A stretch of DNA of 39,603 nt from Methanosphaera sp. (lineage in GTDB: Archaea > Methanobacteriota > Methanobacteria > Methanobacteriales > Methanobacteriaceae), in assembly GCA_013330915.1 (NCBI GenBank), contig DUHK01000056.1, forward strand, positions 1 through 39,603, given 5' to 3'. Position numbers and translations under genes: made by a program. Below the pieces are notes generated by a model. The model ran no database searches and had not been told where the DNA came from. It saw nothing but the letters and a program-made list of their open reading frames with translations. Shown piece by piece: positions 1 through 9,548 of this stretch (its first letter is position 1; every line of letters begins with the position of its first letter).

Positions 1-135
1 CCATGCTGGATCCATATAGGTTGGTATCGGAGTTCCAGTTAATACAAAATACAAACTTATTAAAAGGAATATACCTCCCACAATGGTCATCTTGAGTCCT
101 TCTAAGATTCCAATGGTTCGTTCTAATATATTAAT
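1..135 (-). CDS. 5' end of a membrane protein, probably a heavy-metal P1B-type ATPase (runs off the window start)
   Basis: Manual translation of the minus strand: INILERTIGILEGLKMTIVGGIFLLISLYFVLTGTPIPTYMDPAW, open to base 1. It resembles the GLKMTIVxGIFL...P-A-W N-termini I recall for methanogen/firmicute cation-translocating ATPases. GGGGGT RBS at 147-142; possible ATT start at 135, first ATG at 90. Confidence 0.6.
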   Translation of the reverse strand, partial: MNILERTIGILEGLKMTIVGGIFLLISLYFVLTGTPIPTYMDPAW

Positions 136-136
136 A

Positions 137-253
137 GTAATACCCCCATATAAATATTAATCACATAGTTAATACTTTAGTAATACTAGTATATAAAGGA
201 ATTTACTAAAAAGTAATACATTTGTATTACAAAGCACCTTGTCATTGTAATAC
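137..253. promoter_or_regulatory. Cluster of GTAATAC/GTATTAC motifs around the minus-strand TATA box (about 197-190)
   Basis: GTAATAC at 137, 180, 213 and 247; GTATTAC at 224; TTAATAC at 170. Inverted pairs: GTAATAC-attt-GTATTAC (213-230) and GTATTACAA-N12-TTGTAATAC (224-253). Confidence 0.55.
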
Positions 254-312
254 TCGAGTAAAAAAGACCTTTAAAAAAAATAATTAAAAGAAAAAAATAG
301 TTTAATACAAGG

Positions 313-510
313 TTAAAAACCTTTGTATTCATATTTAAGAGTCACTTTCTTTTGATTTTTGCAGTTAATGAAATATGTCCACTCCACCTGGTCTCCATCA
401 CGAATTCCATATCCGTCAACAATAACGCTAGGAATTTCCACTACCATTGGACTGTCAGGATCATCTTTATCCTTTCTTCTTGCTACTTTCTTAATAGATA
501 ATTCTACCAT
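313..510 (-). CDS. Small AbrB/MazE/SpoVT-like DNA-binding protein (65 aa)
   Basis: Start moved to ATG 510 (GGTGA RBS, one base from the upstream stop). VVEIPSVIVDGYGIRDGDQVEW fits the swapped-hairpin IPxxIxxxxGIxxGDxVEW pattern. Confidence 0.65.
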   Translation of the reverse strand: MVELSIKKVARRKDKDDPDSPMVVEIPSVIVDGYGIRDGDQVEWTYFINCKNQKKVTLKYEYKGF

Positions 511-511
511 A

Positions 512-784
512 CTATTCACCACCAATCTTAGATAATTCTTCATTTATATCATCAATTGATTCCTGTTTTCTGTTTATAGTATTATTTAATTCAGAAATCT
601 GTTTTTCCAAATCTGCAATTTCTTGCTGTAAAATGAATTTTTGTATTTCCAATTTACCTTCTTCGGTTTTACTCCATTGCTTTGCCTGTTCAATAAATGA
701 TTCTTTTGACATACCCATTTCATTTAATGTTTCTTCATGGGAATCAGCAAAGTTAATAAAAATCTTTTCTAATTTATCATCCAT
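512..784 (-). CDS. Hypothetical acidic coiled-coil protein (90 aa)
   Basis: ATG start, heptad-rich C-terminal half (EIADLEKQISELNNTINRKQESIDDINEEL), directly adjacent to the AbrB-like gene. Confidence 0.75.
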   Translation of the reverse strand: MDDKLEKIFINFADSHEETLNEMGMSKESFIEQAKQWSKTEEGKLEIQKFILQQEIADLEKQISELNNTINRKQESIDDINEELSKIGGE

Positions 785-914
785 TTTATTATCTCTTAAA
801 TTATTTATATTAATAGTATATGTTTTAATTAAACTAATAAATATTTCAATAACGGGTAGTTTTTAATAATTAAAAAAAATATAATATAACTAGGTAAAAA
901 ATGGGAGGCAAAAA

Positions 915-1367
915 ATGAAACGAATATATATGATAGGTATTGTGATTGTATTAATCATTTTAGCTGGAGCATACCTGTTTAGTCCATTTTCACCATTAAA
1001 CAAAGTAAATGTAAATGGAGAAACAATAAACCTACCCTCTGGATACACTGTTAAAAATACAACAAAAAACAGCGTATTAATTTCCAATGGTACCAACGAT
1101 ATAAAAATAGTTCCAGTCACATATACAAAAGATTTGAATACATCAATATCACTGTACAAAGACAAATTTTCTGACGATTACAATATAACAGAGAAAAAAA
1201 TAAAAACCAAAGGTGGTACTGAAGTTATAAAAGATGAGGCAACACTTAAAAATAATACTATAACAAGATACTGGTTTGTACATAAAAAGAAACCATTTTA
1301 CATTAGAATAGAGAAAGCCCAAAAAGGTACCGAAGAAATCATATTAAAATTAATAGATTCCATGTAA
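915..1367 (+). CDS. Membrane-anchored or secreted hypothetical protein
   Basis: GGGAGG RBS; basic N-terminus followed by a hydrophobic helix and a Thr/Asn/Lys-rich beta-type domain. Confidence 0.75.
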   Translation: MKRIYMIGIVIVLIILAGAYLFSPFSPLNKVNVNGETINLPSGYTVKNTTKNSVLISNGTNDIKIVPVTYTKDLNTSISLYKDKFSDDYNITEKKIKTKGGTEVIKDEATLKNNTITRYWFVHKKKPFYIRIEKAQKGTEEIILKLIDSM

Positions 1368-1536
1368 AAAAGAATCTTTTTTCATTTTTTTTAATTATTT
1401 TCAATTTCAATAATCATCATCCCCATTTAATTGATGTTATGACTATTTTTTGAAATCTGTTTTTGAATATATAAAAAAAATAAGAAATCTATTTTTAAAC
1501 TATAATAATTATATAAAAAAAGAAAAGATAAAGTGA

Positions 1537-2181
1537 TTATTTGACTTTAAAAGTTTCAACCAAATAATTAAATTGAGGTTCTGCATTTTCATAAAATGCA
1601 TTTGGTACCTGACTCTTTATTCTAATATAATGACCGTTAGACTCAATCCACGTGTCCTGGTATGTTACATAACTTACCGTATAATTGAACTGATGAGCAT
1701 TTTTACCATCGATTGTCAGTGCCGTATCATTGACCATTTCAAATTTTCCGGAATCATACATTAAATTAAATAAGCTATCAGACTTATATGCATCATCCAA
1801 TGTAATTCCATTTGGTAAAGAATCGTATTGAATTATTTCTGTCTTGACAATCACCACATCAGTGGCGTTTGTAGTACTTGTATTGAGAACCGTACCGTTG
1901 GCTGTTAAATCATCCCTACTACCATTATAATTACTAAAATCGGAATCATTCACAGGATTTAGAATTATTGTTTTTGGACTATTTGACAAAAAAGGAGTCT
2001 TTAACATATCATCATATTCATTCACAGTCCATGACTTAGACATGTCAAAAGAATAATCGTTGCATTCAAAATGCTTAACTTCCCCATTATCAGTGATAAA
2101 ACCTGGTGTAACTACAAAAAACAAAGCAATTAAAACTATGGACAACACTGATAATATCATTAGTATTGCTTTTTCCCTCAA
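1537..2181 (-). CDS. Membrane-anchored extracytoplasmic protein, possibly PsbP/DcrB-like fold
   Basis: TTG start with GGGG RBS, N-terminal TM helix, motifs YSFDMSKSW, TIDGKNAHQFNY and FNYLVETFKVK that resemble PsbP-like domains; several N-x-S/T sequons. Confidence 0.65.
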   Translation of the reverse strand: MREKAILMILSVLSIVLIALFFVVTPGFITDNGEVKHFECNDYSFDMSKSWTVNEYDDMLKTPFLSNSPKTIILNPVNDSDFSNYNGSRDDLTANGTVLNTSTTNATDVVIVKTEIIQYDSLPNGITLDDAYKSDSLFNLMYDSGKFEMVNDTALTIDGKNAHQFNYTVSYVTYQDTWIESNGHYIRIKSQVPNAFYENAEPQFNYLVETFKVK

Positions 2182-2193
2182 AGATATTACCCC

Positions 2194-2718
2194 TTATTTT
2201 TTATATAAATTTTCATTATTTGAGTCCATAGTAACTATCAATGGACCAAAATGATTTACATCCAATTGCCAAATAGCTTCAGGCATACCCAAGTCAAGCC
2301 ATTCAACGGAATCAACCTTATTAATTCCGTTTACATATAACGCAGCACATCCACCTACAGCAGTTAAAAATACTGCATTATTACGTACCAGAGCTTCCTG
2401 TGTTTTTTCGTCCATACCACCTTTACCTATTACAGCCTTAACGCCCATGTCAAGAACATCAGCTTCATAAGGGTTCATACGCATACTCGTAGTTGGACCT
2501 ACCGCAACAATTTCATATTCCTCATCATTCTGTTTGATAATCGGACCTGCATGAAATAGAACTATTCCTTCAAGATCCATTGGTGCACCAGATTCTATTA
2601 TCCTTTTATGTGCACTGTCACGTGCAGTAAATATTTTTCCGGATAAATAAACGGTATCTCCAACTTTCAGTTTATTTATATCTTCATCAGTTAATGGTGT
2701 GTTTAATTCATATTCCAA
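2194..2718 (-). CDS. Fe-S hydro-lyase beta subunit (class I fumarate hydratase / tartrate dehydratase beta)
   Basis: [28 protein letters not shown] and [10 protein letters not shown] motifs. Confidence 0.93.
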   Translation of the reverse strand: MEYELNTPLTDEDINKLKVGDTVYLSGKIFTARDSAHKRIIESGAPMDLEGIVLFHAGPIIKQNDEEYEIVAVGPTTSMRMNPYEADVLDMGVKAVIGKGGMDEKTQEALVRNNAVFLTAVGGCAALYVNGINKVDSVEWLDLGMPEAIWQLDVNHFGPLIVTMDSNNENLYKK

Positions 2719-2841
2719 AATTATACCCCAATAAAAGTTATTATATACCTCTTTGTATTTTATTCATTAAATATTTTTAAAGAAAAATTTAATATGAGTA
2801 ATAATTAAATAATTATTTATAAATAATTGGGGGATTCAACA

Positions 2842-4644
2842 ATGGGGTTATCTGAAAGAATTATCGGATTAACAAAATATATGGTAACCTTACCTAAAAC
2901 AAAGATTTCCGTATTTTTAATATTGGTTGTCAGTACCTTAAGTGGTGGAATCGTCAGTTGTTTACAGCCAGGAATGAGTATGGATACTGTAATTTATTCA
3001 TTTCTTGACGGAGCAGCTACAACGTTCTTCCTCTTCGGATTAACAACCATAGCCGCTGGTGGTTTAATACATACAATAGTGAATAAACTAGACGGAAGAC
3101 ATGTAAAATTAAAACAAGCAATGTTCTTAGCATTTGTATTTCTATTGATTACATGCTTTTTCTACATACTTGGTGCTATAATTTCATTATTCATACATGG
3201 CAATATTACATACAACAGTTTATTGCTTGGACTATTATTTGGTTTTGCAATAGAAACACTGGTATTATGGTCAACTTCAAACATCAAATATATAGAAGGA
3301 GTACTGATATCAGCAATACAACCTGTCTTGACAATAAGTATGTGGGTATTGATAAACAACCTGACAATTGCAACAATGGAAAATGTATATTCAATATACA
3401 TGAAGGCCATTATAGGTGCATTAGTACTTGCAATAGCAGTTTATGCATTTGTTGCCATAATTGAATCACCAATCAAAAGCAATCTTGGTGTAGGTGGATT
3501 GGAATTACTTAGTTTATTCATTGCACAAGTCACTGAAGGATCTATTGCAATGGAAGATGTATTTAATGAAATGGGTGAAGACATTGATACTATAGTCTCA
3601 TTAATAAGTTTTAAAACTGCAAAAGGAATTAAGGCAAACTATATCTCACCGTGCGTACACCCAGGTCCTGTAGGAAATATTGGTGGAGGAAACCTGCCGA
3701 CAATAATGGCAAAACAATTAGATGATTTCGCAATTATCGCTCATGGAGCTGCTACACACGACTTTAATCCTGTAGCATCAAAAGAAGTATCAAAAGTTAC
3801 CGATGCAATCAATGAAATCTTACCTACATTAACATATACCAACAAGGCAACAAAATTCCAAAGAGTTCAGTACCATGATGCAAAAATAGGAGTACAGTTT
3901 TTTGATGAAGGAGCCATACTGCTTAGTACCTTTGCACCGAATCCCGGTGATGACATAGATTACGGTGTTGGACTGTCAATGATTTATCAGACAAAATACG
4001 TTACAGATGTAAAGGATGTTGTTTTGGTAGATTGTCACAACTGTTTAAACGGAAATTACGAAAGACTACTTCCGGGACATAACAGAGTATTACAAATAGA
4101 AAATGCCATTGACAAGATTGAAAAACCAGAAATGTATCCTATTAAAATGGGATATGCATATAATCCGCTTGATGAAATTCCTATAAAAGACGGAATTGGT
4201 GAAAGCGGGGTTAAGATTATGATTACTGAAGTAGATAATCAAAAAATGTTATACATCGTATTTGATGGAAACAATATGAAAACAGGATTTAGAGAACAGT
4301 TATTTGAGGCAGTATACAAGCAATTCCCCGACATTGACATGATAGAAACTATGACAACAGATACACATATGGTCAATACCATTTCAGGTGGTGGATTAAC
4401 TGTAGGATATAAACATGATGAAGAAATTATCCAAACAGTGCTTGACTTAATTCCTGATGCCCTGAATAATCTTGAAGAGGTTAGTGTAGCATCTGGAACT
4501 GCAAGAGTAAACATTAAAACTTTTGGTCCGAACAACTCCACGGAATTAGTTACAACAATCTCATCGGTAGTCTCTGTAAGTAAACTTTTAGCACCACTGG
4601 TATTTATCATAGCTACCATAATCACAATACTTTGGATATTTTAA
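2842..4644 (+). CDS. DUF2070-like archaeal membrane protein
   Basis: Multi-TM N-terminus plus a soluble domain with HPGP, H-x4-HDFNP, DCHN, DGNN and TTDTH motifs. ATG 2842 follows a GGGGGA RBS (the track uses TTG 2827). Confidence 0.85.
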   Translation: MGLSERIIGLTKYMVTLPKTKISVFLILVVSTLSGGIVSCLQPGMSMDTVIYSFLDGAATTFFLFGLTTIAAGGLIHTIVNKLDGRHVKLKQAMFLAFVFLLITCFFYILGAIISLFIHGNITYNSLLLGLLFGFAIETLVLWSTSNIKYIEGVLISAIQPVLTISMWVLINNLTIATMENVYSIYMKAIIGALVLAIAVYAFVAIIESPIKSNLGVGGLELLSLFIAQVTEGSIAMEDVFNEMGEDIDTIVSLISFKTAKGIKANYISPCVHPGPVGNIGGGNLPTIMAKQLDDFAIIAHGAATHDFNPVASKEVSKVTDAINEILPTLTYTNKATKFQRVQYHDAKIGVQFFDEGAILLSTFAPNPGDDIDYGVGLSMIYQTKYVTDVKDVVLVDCHNCLNGNYERLLPGHNRVLQIENAIDKIEKPEMYPIKMGYAYNPLDEIPIKDGIGESGVKIMITEVDNQKMLYIVFDGNNMKTGFREQLFEAVYKQFPDIDMIETMTTDTHMVNTISGGGLTVGYKHDEEIIQTVLDLIPDALNNLEEVSVASGTARVNIKTFGPNNSTELVTTISSVVSVSKLLAPLVFIIATIITILWIF

Positions 4645-4835
4645 ATAAGAATCATCCATCCCCCCCAATTCCCTTATAAACTCTTTTTTTATAAAAATAA
4701 GCCTTAAAACTTTTTTTACATCATTCTTTAATTACAAAAATTTATATATATTTGTAAAAAAAATAAATTAATGTATACTCTAATAAAAATAATAAAATTT
4801 TAATTAGATATAATATTAATATAGGTGATTTTAAA

Positions 4836-5408
4836 ATGGTAAAAACTCTAGAAAATTTATCAAAAGCATTTGTTGGCGAAAGTCAAGCAAGAAACAGATA
4901 CACAATGTATTCCAAAATTGCTAAAAAAGAAGGATTTGAAAAAATCGCTGAAATTTTCTTATTAACAGCAGACAATGAATTCCAACATGCAAAAGTTTTA
5001 TTTAAAATGATTCAGGAATTAAAAGAAGATGCTGACTGTATTGACATCCCGACAAGTGTAGGATTTACATACGGAACCACCGCAGAAAACTTAAAAGCTG
5101 CTGCTGAAGGTGAAAATGAAGAAGCAACTTCAATGTATCCTGAATTCGCAGATATTGCAGATGAAGAAGGTTTCCCTGTAATAGCAACCAGATTAAGAAA
5201 TATCGGTTTAGTAGAAGCACACCACGAAGAAAGATACCGAAAATTATTAGCAATGGTTGAAGGAGACACATTCTTTAACAGATCCGAAGAAATTACATGG
5301 GTATGTAGAAAATGTGGATTCGTATATAAAGGAGAAAAACCACCAGAAGTATGTCCTATCTGTGAACATCCTGCAGCTTACTTCGAATTATCACAAGAAG
5401 AGTTCTAA
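4836..5408 (+). CDS. rbr: Rubrerythrin
   Basis: AFVGESQARNRY, diiron ExxH motifs and a C-terminal rubredoxin-like WVCRKCG...CPIC domain. Confidence 0.96.
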   Translation: MVKTLENLSKAFVGESQARNRYTMYSKIAKKEGFEKIAEIFLLTADNEFQHAKVLFKMIQELKEDADCIDIPTSVGFTYGTTAENLKAAAEGENEEATSMYPEFADIADEEGFPVIATRLRNIGLVEAHHEERYRKLLAMVEGDTFFNRSEEITWVCRKCGFVYKGEKPPEVCPICEHPAAYFELSQEEF

Positions 5409-5454
5409 ATTAAAAAAAATGACTTAAATAATATTAATATTAGGAGCTGAAAAA

Positions 5455-5829
5455 ATGGCTGACTTTGATAAAACAAGTATTGTTCTATGTAAAAATAGTG
5501 GAAACGTTATAGAAATTATAAAACCTGGACAAGATGTTGATGTAAGTCAATTAAATGTTATTGAAGCAAAAACTGAAGGAGAAGGTGCACCTAAACACGT
5601 ACCTGTTATTACAAGATTAGATTGTGGATACCACGTAAAAGTTGGAGAAGTTGAACATCCAATGGATGAGGATCACTACATTGCAATGATTGAATTAATC
5701 GCAGATGGTCAAATCCACAAACAATACTTAAATCCTGGAGACAAACCTGAAGCATACTTTGAAATTCCTGAAGCAAAATGTGTAGAAGCCAGAGAATTTT
5801 GTACACTTCACGGATTATGGAAAGCTTAA
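5455..5829 (+). CDS. Superoxide reductase (desulfoferrodoxin family) with a degenerate N-terminal domain
   Basis: Centre II ligands present: KHVP, EHPM, DHYI, CTLHGLW. Confidence 0.92.
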   Translation: MADFDKTSIVLCKNSGNVIEIIKPGQDVDVSQLNVIEAKTEGEGAPKHVPVITRLDCGYHVKVGEVEHPMDEDHYIAMIELIADGQIHKQYLNPGDKPEAYFEIPEAKCVEAREFCTLHGLWKA

Positions 5830-5856
5830 ATGCTTTCAACTTTTTTTAATTTTTTA
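5820..5856 (+). terminator. Candidate terminator after the SOR gene
   Basis: GAAAGC-ttaaat-GCTTTC hairpin (5820-5837) followed by two T tracts. Confidence 0.45.
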
Positions 5857-5982
5857 AACTATTTCTAACCAATTTTTTTATTAAATCACTTATTATAACT
5901 CAAAAAGTATATTTAATATTATTACTAAAATAGTAGTGAATAAAATATTATATTCAATATAAAATAAATAGGAAAAAATATT

Positions 5983-7221
5983 ATGATTTTAAAAGCAAAA
6001 GCACCAAAAATAGCAGATGGCGTATATTTTGTAGGTACATTAGACTGGGATAGAAGAGAATATCATGGATACACATTAAACGGTACTTCATACAATGCAT
6101 TTTTAATATTCAGTCAGGACAAAACAGTACTGATAGACAATGTTTACCCAGGAAAAGTCTATTCATCACAATTTTGGGGAAGAATAGCAGACGCATGTGA
6201 ACAAGAAAATAAAGAATTGAAAATCGATTACATAATACAGAACCACGTGGAAAAAGATCACAGCGGTACACTATCCGAAATTCATCAAAAATTCCCTGAT
6301 GCACCAATTTACTGTACTGCAGTAGCAAAAATGGGATTAATTAAACATTACCCTGATTTAGAAGATGCAGAATTTGTAACCGTACAAACCGGTGATTCAT
6401 TAAACGTTGGTGATAAAACATTTGCATTTGTAGATGCAAAAATGTTACACTGGCCCGACAGCATGTTCACTTTCTTACAGGAAGATGGAATACTCTTCTC
6501 AAATGATGCTTTTGGTCAACACATATGTGGAATGGAAAGATACGACTATGAAGTTCCAGAATCATTACTAATCGAAGCAGCTCAAAAATTCTATGCAAAC
6601 CTTTTAACACCTTTCACACCTTTATTAAACATGAAGTTAAATGAAATAGTGGAAATGGGCCTTTTGGAGCAAATCAAATTAATTGCACCTTCACACGGAC
6701 AAATCTGGACAGAACCTATGAAAATCATAGATGCATACAAAAACTGGGCTAGTGGCGTATGCCAAAAAGATCAAGCCACATTAATCTATGATACCATGCA
6801 CTTTTCAACACAGTACATGGCTCATGCAATTGCCGAAGGATTAATGAGTGAAGGAGTTAATGTAAAAATGCACTTCTTAAAAGAAGATGAAAGAAGTGAA
6901 ATAGTCAAAGATATTCTTGAAAGTAAAGCTGTACTTATGGGAGTTCCAACCCTGTTTAATAAAGTATTCCCTAGCATTGCAGATGTATTGTTATACACTG
7001 ATGAACTGGAATTTGCAAGAACAGGAATAAAAAGATTAGGAGCTACATTTGGTTCATATGGATGGGCAGGAAATGGTCCTAAATGGTTAAACGGTAAAAT
7101 GGAAGAAGCAGGATTTGAAATGATTGACAATCTTGAAATCAACTATGTACCTGATGATTCAGAATTGGAAAAATGCTTTGAATTAGGAGTTAAAATGGCT
7201 GAAGAAATCAAAAAGTTATAA
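5983..7221 (+). CDS. fprA: Flavodiiron protein FprA (probable F420H2 oxidase)
   Basis: [38 protein letters not shown] and a flavodoxin domain (FGSYGW). Confidence 0.95.
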   Translation: MILKAKAPKIADGVYFVGTLDWDRREYHGYTLNGTSYNAFLIFSQDKTVLIDNVYPGKVYSSQFWGRIADACEQENKELKIDYIIQNHVEKDHSGTLSEIHQKFPDAPIYCTAVAKMGLIKHYPDLEDAEFVTVQTGDSLNVGDKTFAFVDAKMLHWPDSMFTFLQEDGILFSNDAFGQHICGMERYDYEVPESLLIEAAQKFYANLLTPFTPLLNMKLNEIVEMGLLEQIKLIAPSHGQIWTEPMKIIDAYKNWASGVCQKDQATLIYDTMHFSTQYMAHAIAEGLMSEGVNVKMHFLKEDERSEIVKDILESKAVLMGVPTLFNKVFPSIADVLLYTDELEFARTGIKRLGATFGSYGWAGNGPKWLNGKMEEAGFEMIDNLEINYVPDDSELEKCFELGVKMAEEIKKL

Positions 7222-7286
7222 TGACTTCACATAATCCCCTTTTTTTAACAAAAATAATAATATAAAAAAAAATAGTGGTTAGAATA

Positions 7287-8240
7287 TTAATCATATTCTG
7301 AAATTTTCTTTTCCTCTTGTAAGTTATCTTGTAGTAACTTATCCTGTTGTTCTTTTTCTTTGACTTTAATGATGTAATCAAGCATTTCATCAATAGTTGT
7401 TGAAACATCAATATTTTCTATTACTGGAATATTGTTCTTTTTTGCTACTCCAACAATGTAATCATGAGTTTTTCTAATTGAAGTGAAATTTTTCAAATAT
7501 CTTTTCAAAGGTCTTCTTGCCCATAACTGCCTACATCGGGAATAGAATCTTCCTTTATGTATTTCCTCATCGGATAATGCCAATACGAACATGTATACAT
7601 TAGGCCTGTTTAAAAGATCTTCATCAATAAAACCCGGAACTATATGAACCCCTTCAATGACTATGCTTATTCCTTCTTTTATGGAACGTTCTATTACTCC
7701 GGTTAAACCTACATTTACTGTTTCAACGTGATCTTTAAATCCAAGGAGTGTTTTATCAAATTCTGGTGGTGCAGGTGTTTTCAATGCATCTTCTGCAGTA
7801 TAACTTGATTCGAATAATGTTGGACATAATTCTTTGGATACCATTTTTCTCATTACTTCACGAATCATATCAGTACTGTGCATGTTTTTAATACCTAGTT
7901 TACTTGCCAGTTCAAAGGAAATGGATGATGTTCCTATACCTGAAGCTCCACCTATCAGTATAATCAATGGATCTTTTGATCTTCTAATCTGTTTCCAGAC
8001 AATGTATCTTTTTGCCAGTCCGGGATCATCTTTTTCTAGTCTTATTCGAACTCTGTTTATTAAATCTGGTATTGAAATAATATCCTGGCCATCATTTAGT
8101 ATTGATTCTTCTATTTCTGAAGCAATTTCGTATGCTTTATTTGGTTCCACATCTGAGCGAATTAACGATTTTGAAAGTATTCCTTTAGAAAATGGTTCCC
8201 TGTATTTTTTTCCACCAACTTCTCCTTCAACCATTAACAT
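7287..8240 (-). CDS. pgk2: 2-phosphoglycerate kinase (ATP-cone + P-loop kinase)
   Basis: EPFSKGILSKSL ATP-cone, GGASGIGTS P-loop, STDMIREVMR and IEGVHIVPG. Confidence 0.88.
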   Translation of the reverse strand: MLMVEGEVGGKKYREPFSKGILSKSLIRSDVEPNKAYEIASEIEESILNDGQDIISIPDLINRVRIRLEKDDPGLAKRYIVWKQIRRSKDPLIILIGGASGIGTSSISFELASKLGIKNMHSTDMIREVMRKMVSKELCPTLFESSYTAEDALKTPAPPEFDKTLLGFKDHVETVNVGLTGVIERSIKEGISIVIEGVHIVPGFIDEDLLNRPNVYMFVLALSDEEIHKGRFYSRCRQLWARRPLKRYLKNFTSIRKTHDYIVGVAKKNNIPVIENIDVSTTIDEMLDYIIKVKEKEQQDKLLQDNLQEEKKISEYD

Positions 8241-8458
8241 ATTCTCACCACCTGTATTATAGTTAAAATTTTAAATAAATTATCATTTAGTTATATGTTT
8301 TTTATTTAATATATCCTTTATTCAAACAGATATTAAAAATTATAAACATTATATTAAAAGAAATAATTATCAAGACAATATTCAATGAAAGTTAAAAAAT
8401 AATAGATAAAAGAAGGTGAAATAAGTTTAATTATTATAACTAAGTAAACTGTATTTTT

Positions 8459-8617
8459 TTAAGCTGCTTGGAACATGTCTTTTGTTGCACCGCATAAAGG
8501 ACATTTCCAATCATCAGGTAATTCTTCAAATAATGTACCTGGAGCTATACCGTGTGCCTCATCACCTTTTTCTGAGTCATATACCCATCCGCATAACATA
8601 CATTTATATTTTGCCAT
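8459..8617 (-). CDS. rub: Rubredoxin (52 aa; absent from the ORF track)
   Basis: Manual translation [52 protein letters not shown] with two CxxCG motifs; GGAGTGA RBS. Confidence 0.97.
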   Translation of the reverse strand: MAKYKCMLCGWVYDSEKGDEAHGIAPGTLFEELPDDWKCPLCGATKDMFQAA

Positions 8618-8734
8618 AAAAATCACTCCGTTTCTTTATAATTATAATTTAATTTTCTTAATTAATATATTTTCATAATAACATGACAAATGTTAACTCT
8701 TATAATCCCAATTATCATTATACATAAAAAAAAA

Positions 8735-9451
8735 TTATTCTAAAAGTACAAAGAGATTATTTGTTAATTTTTTGCTTAATAACAACTCTTTATCTTCTAC
8801 CAATAATTTAACCGGCCCATTTAATGGTGAAGAATTAATTAATGTAATCTCGGTCTCCAATGTTATACCCATATCTAAAAATTCTTTTATGTCTTCATTA
8901 CTTCCTCTTATGAATTTAATTTTTCCAACTTGATTGGGTAACATGTTTCCTACTGCAACCAGGTTTTCAATTCTTTTAGGAATTTCTGATATACTTTGAA
9001 TTTTTGAACACTCGTAACATGTTGGTACGTCTAGACCGCATATTGGAATTATATTGTGATCATCTGGACATTCGTCAGGATATTCTAACAATTGACACAT
9101 TTTTCTTTCTGCTTCATCAGATAATGAATGTTCCATGGCACAAGCCTGTTCATGTAAATCTTCCATTTCAATACCGAGAGTGTTGTATAAGAATGATTCG
9201 AGTAACCTGTGCTTACGAACAATACTTCTTGCTATTTTATAACCCTTATCTGTTAATTTAACTCCCTTGTATTGATAGTAATTTACATAGCCCTCTTCTT
9301 CTAACTTTTTAAGCATTTGAGTAACACTGCCCGGAGCTATACCCAAATCCTTAGAAATCTCTGTTGTCTTGGCCATTCGATCTGAAAGACTTTTTTTGTA
9401 AATTGTTTCGAGATATTCCTCAACATTTTCACTAATAATTTTTCCATGCAT
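8735..9451 (-). CDS. DtxR/MntR-family metal-dependent repressor with a C-terminal FeoA-like domain
   Basis: EEYLETIY, SVTQMLKKL, RKHRLLESFL, ACAMEH and a FeoA-like LDMGITLETEI...GPV segment. Confidence 0.92.
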   Translation of the reverse strand: MHGKIISENVEEYLETIYKKSLSDRMAKTTEISKDLGIAPGSVTQMLKKLEEEGYVNYYQYKGVKLTDKGYKIARSIVRKHRLLESFLYNTLGIEMEDLHEQACAMEHSLSDEAERKMCQLLEYPDECPDDHNIIPICGLDVPTCYECSKIQSISEIPKRIENLVAVGNMLPNQVGKIKFIRGSNEDIKEFLDMGITLETEITLINSSPLNGPVKLLVEDKELLLSKKLTNNLFVLLE

Positions 9452-9548
9452 TTTAAAACACTCAAGTAATTAACATTGTATTATTAATTAATATTTATAG
9501 AACTGATTAATATAAATTTATCTCAGAACTATTTATGATTAACTAAAT

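Noticed and set aside
137..310. GTAATAC repeats as a mini-CRISPR or origin boxes
   Set aside because: Only 7 bp, mixed orientation, no 23+ bp repeat, and no cas or cdc6 gene nearby.
511..543. N-terminal extension of the 313..543 ORF
   Set aside because: Overlaps the upstream gene; ATG 510 has a proper RBS.
8475..8678. 67-aa plus-strand ORF in the track
   Set aside because: Antisense to the real rubredoxin at 8459-8617.
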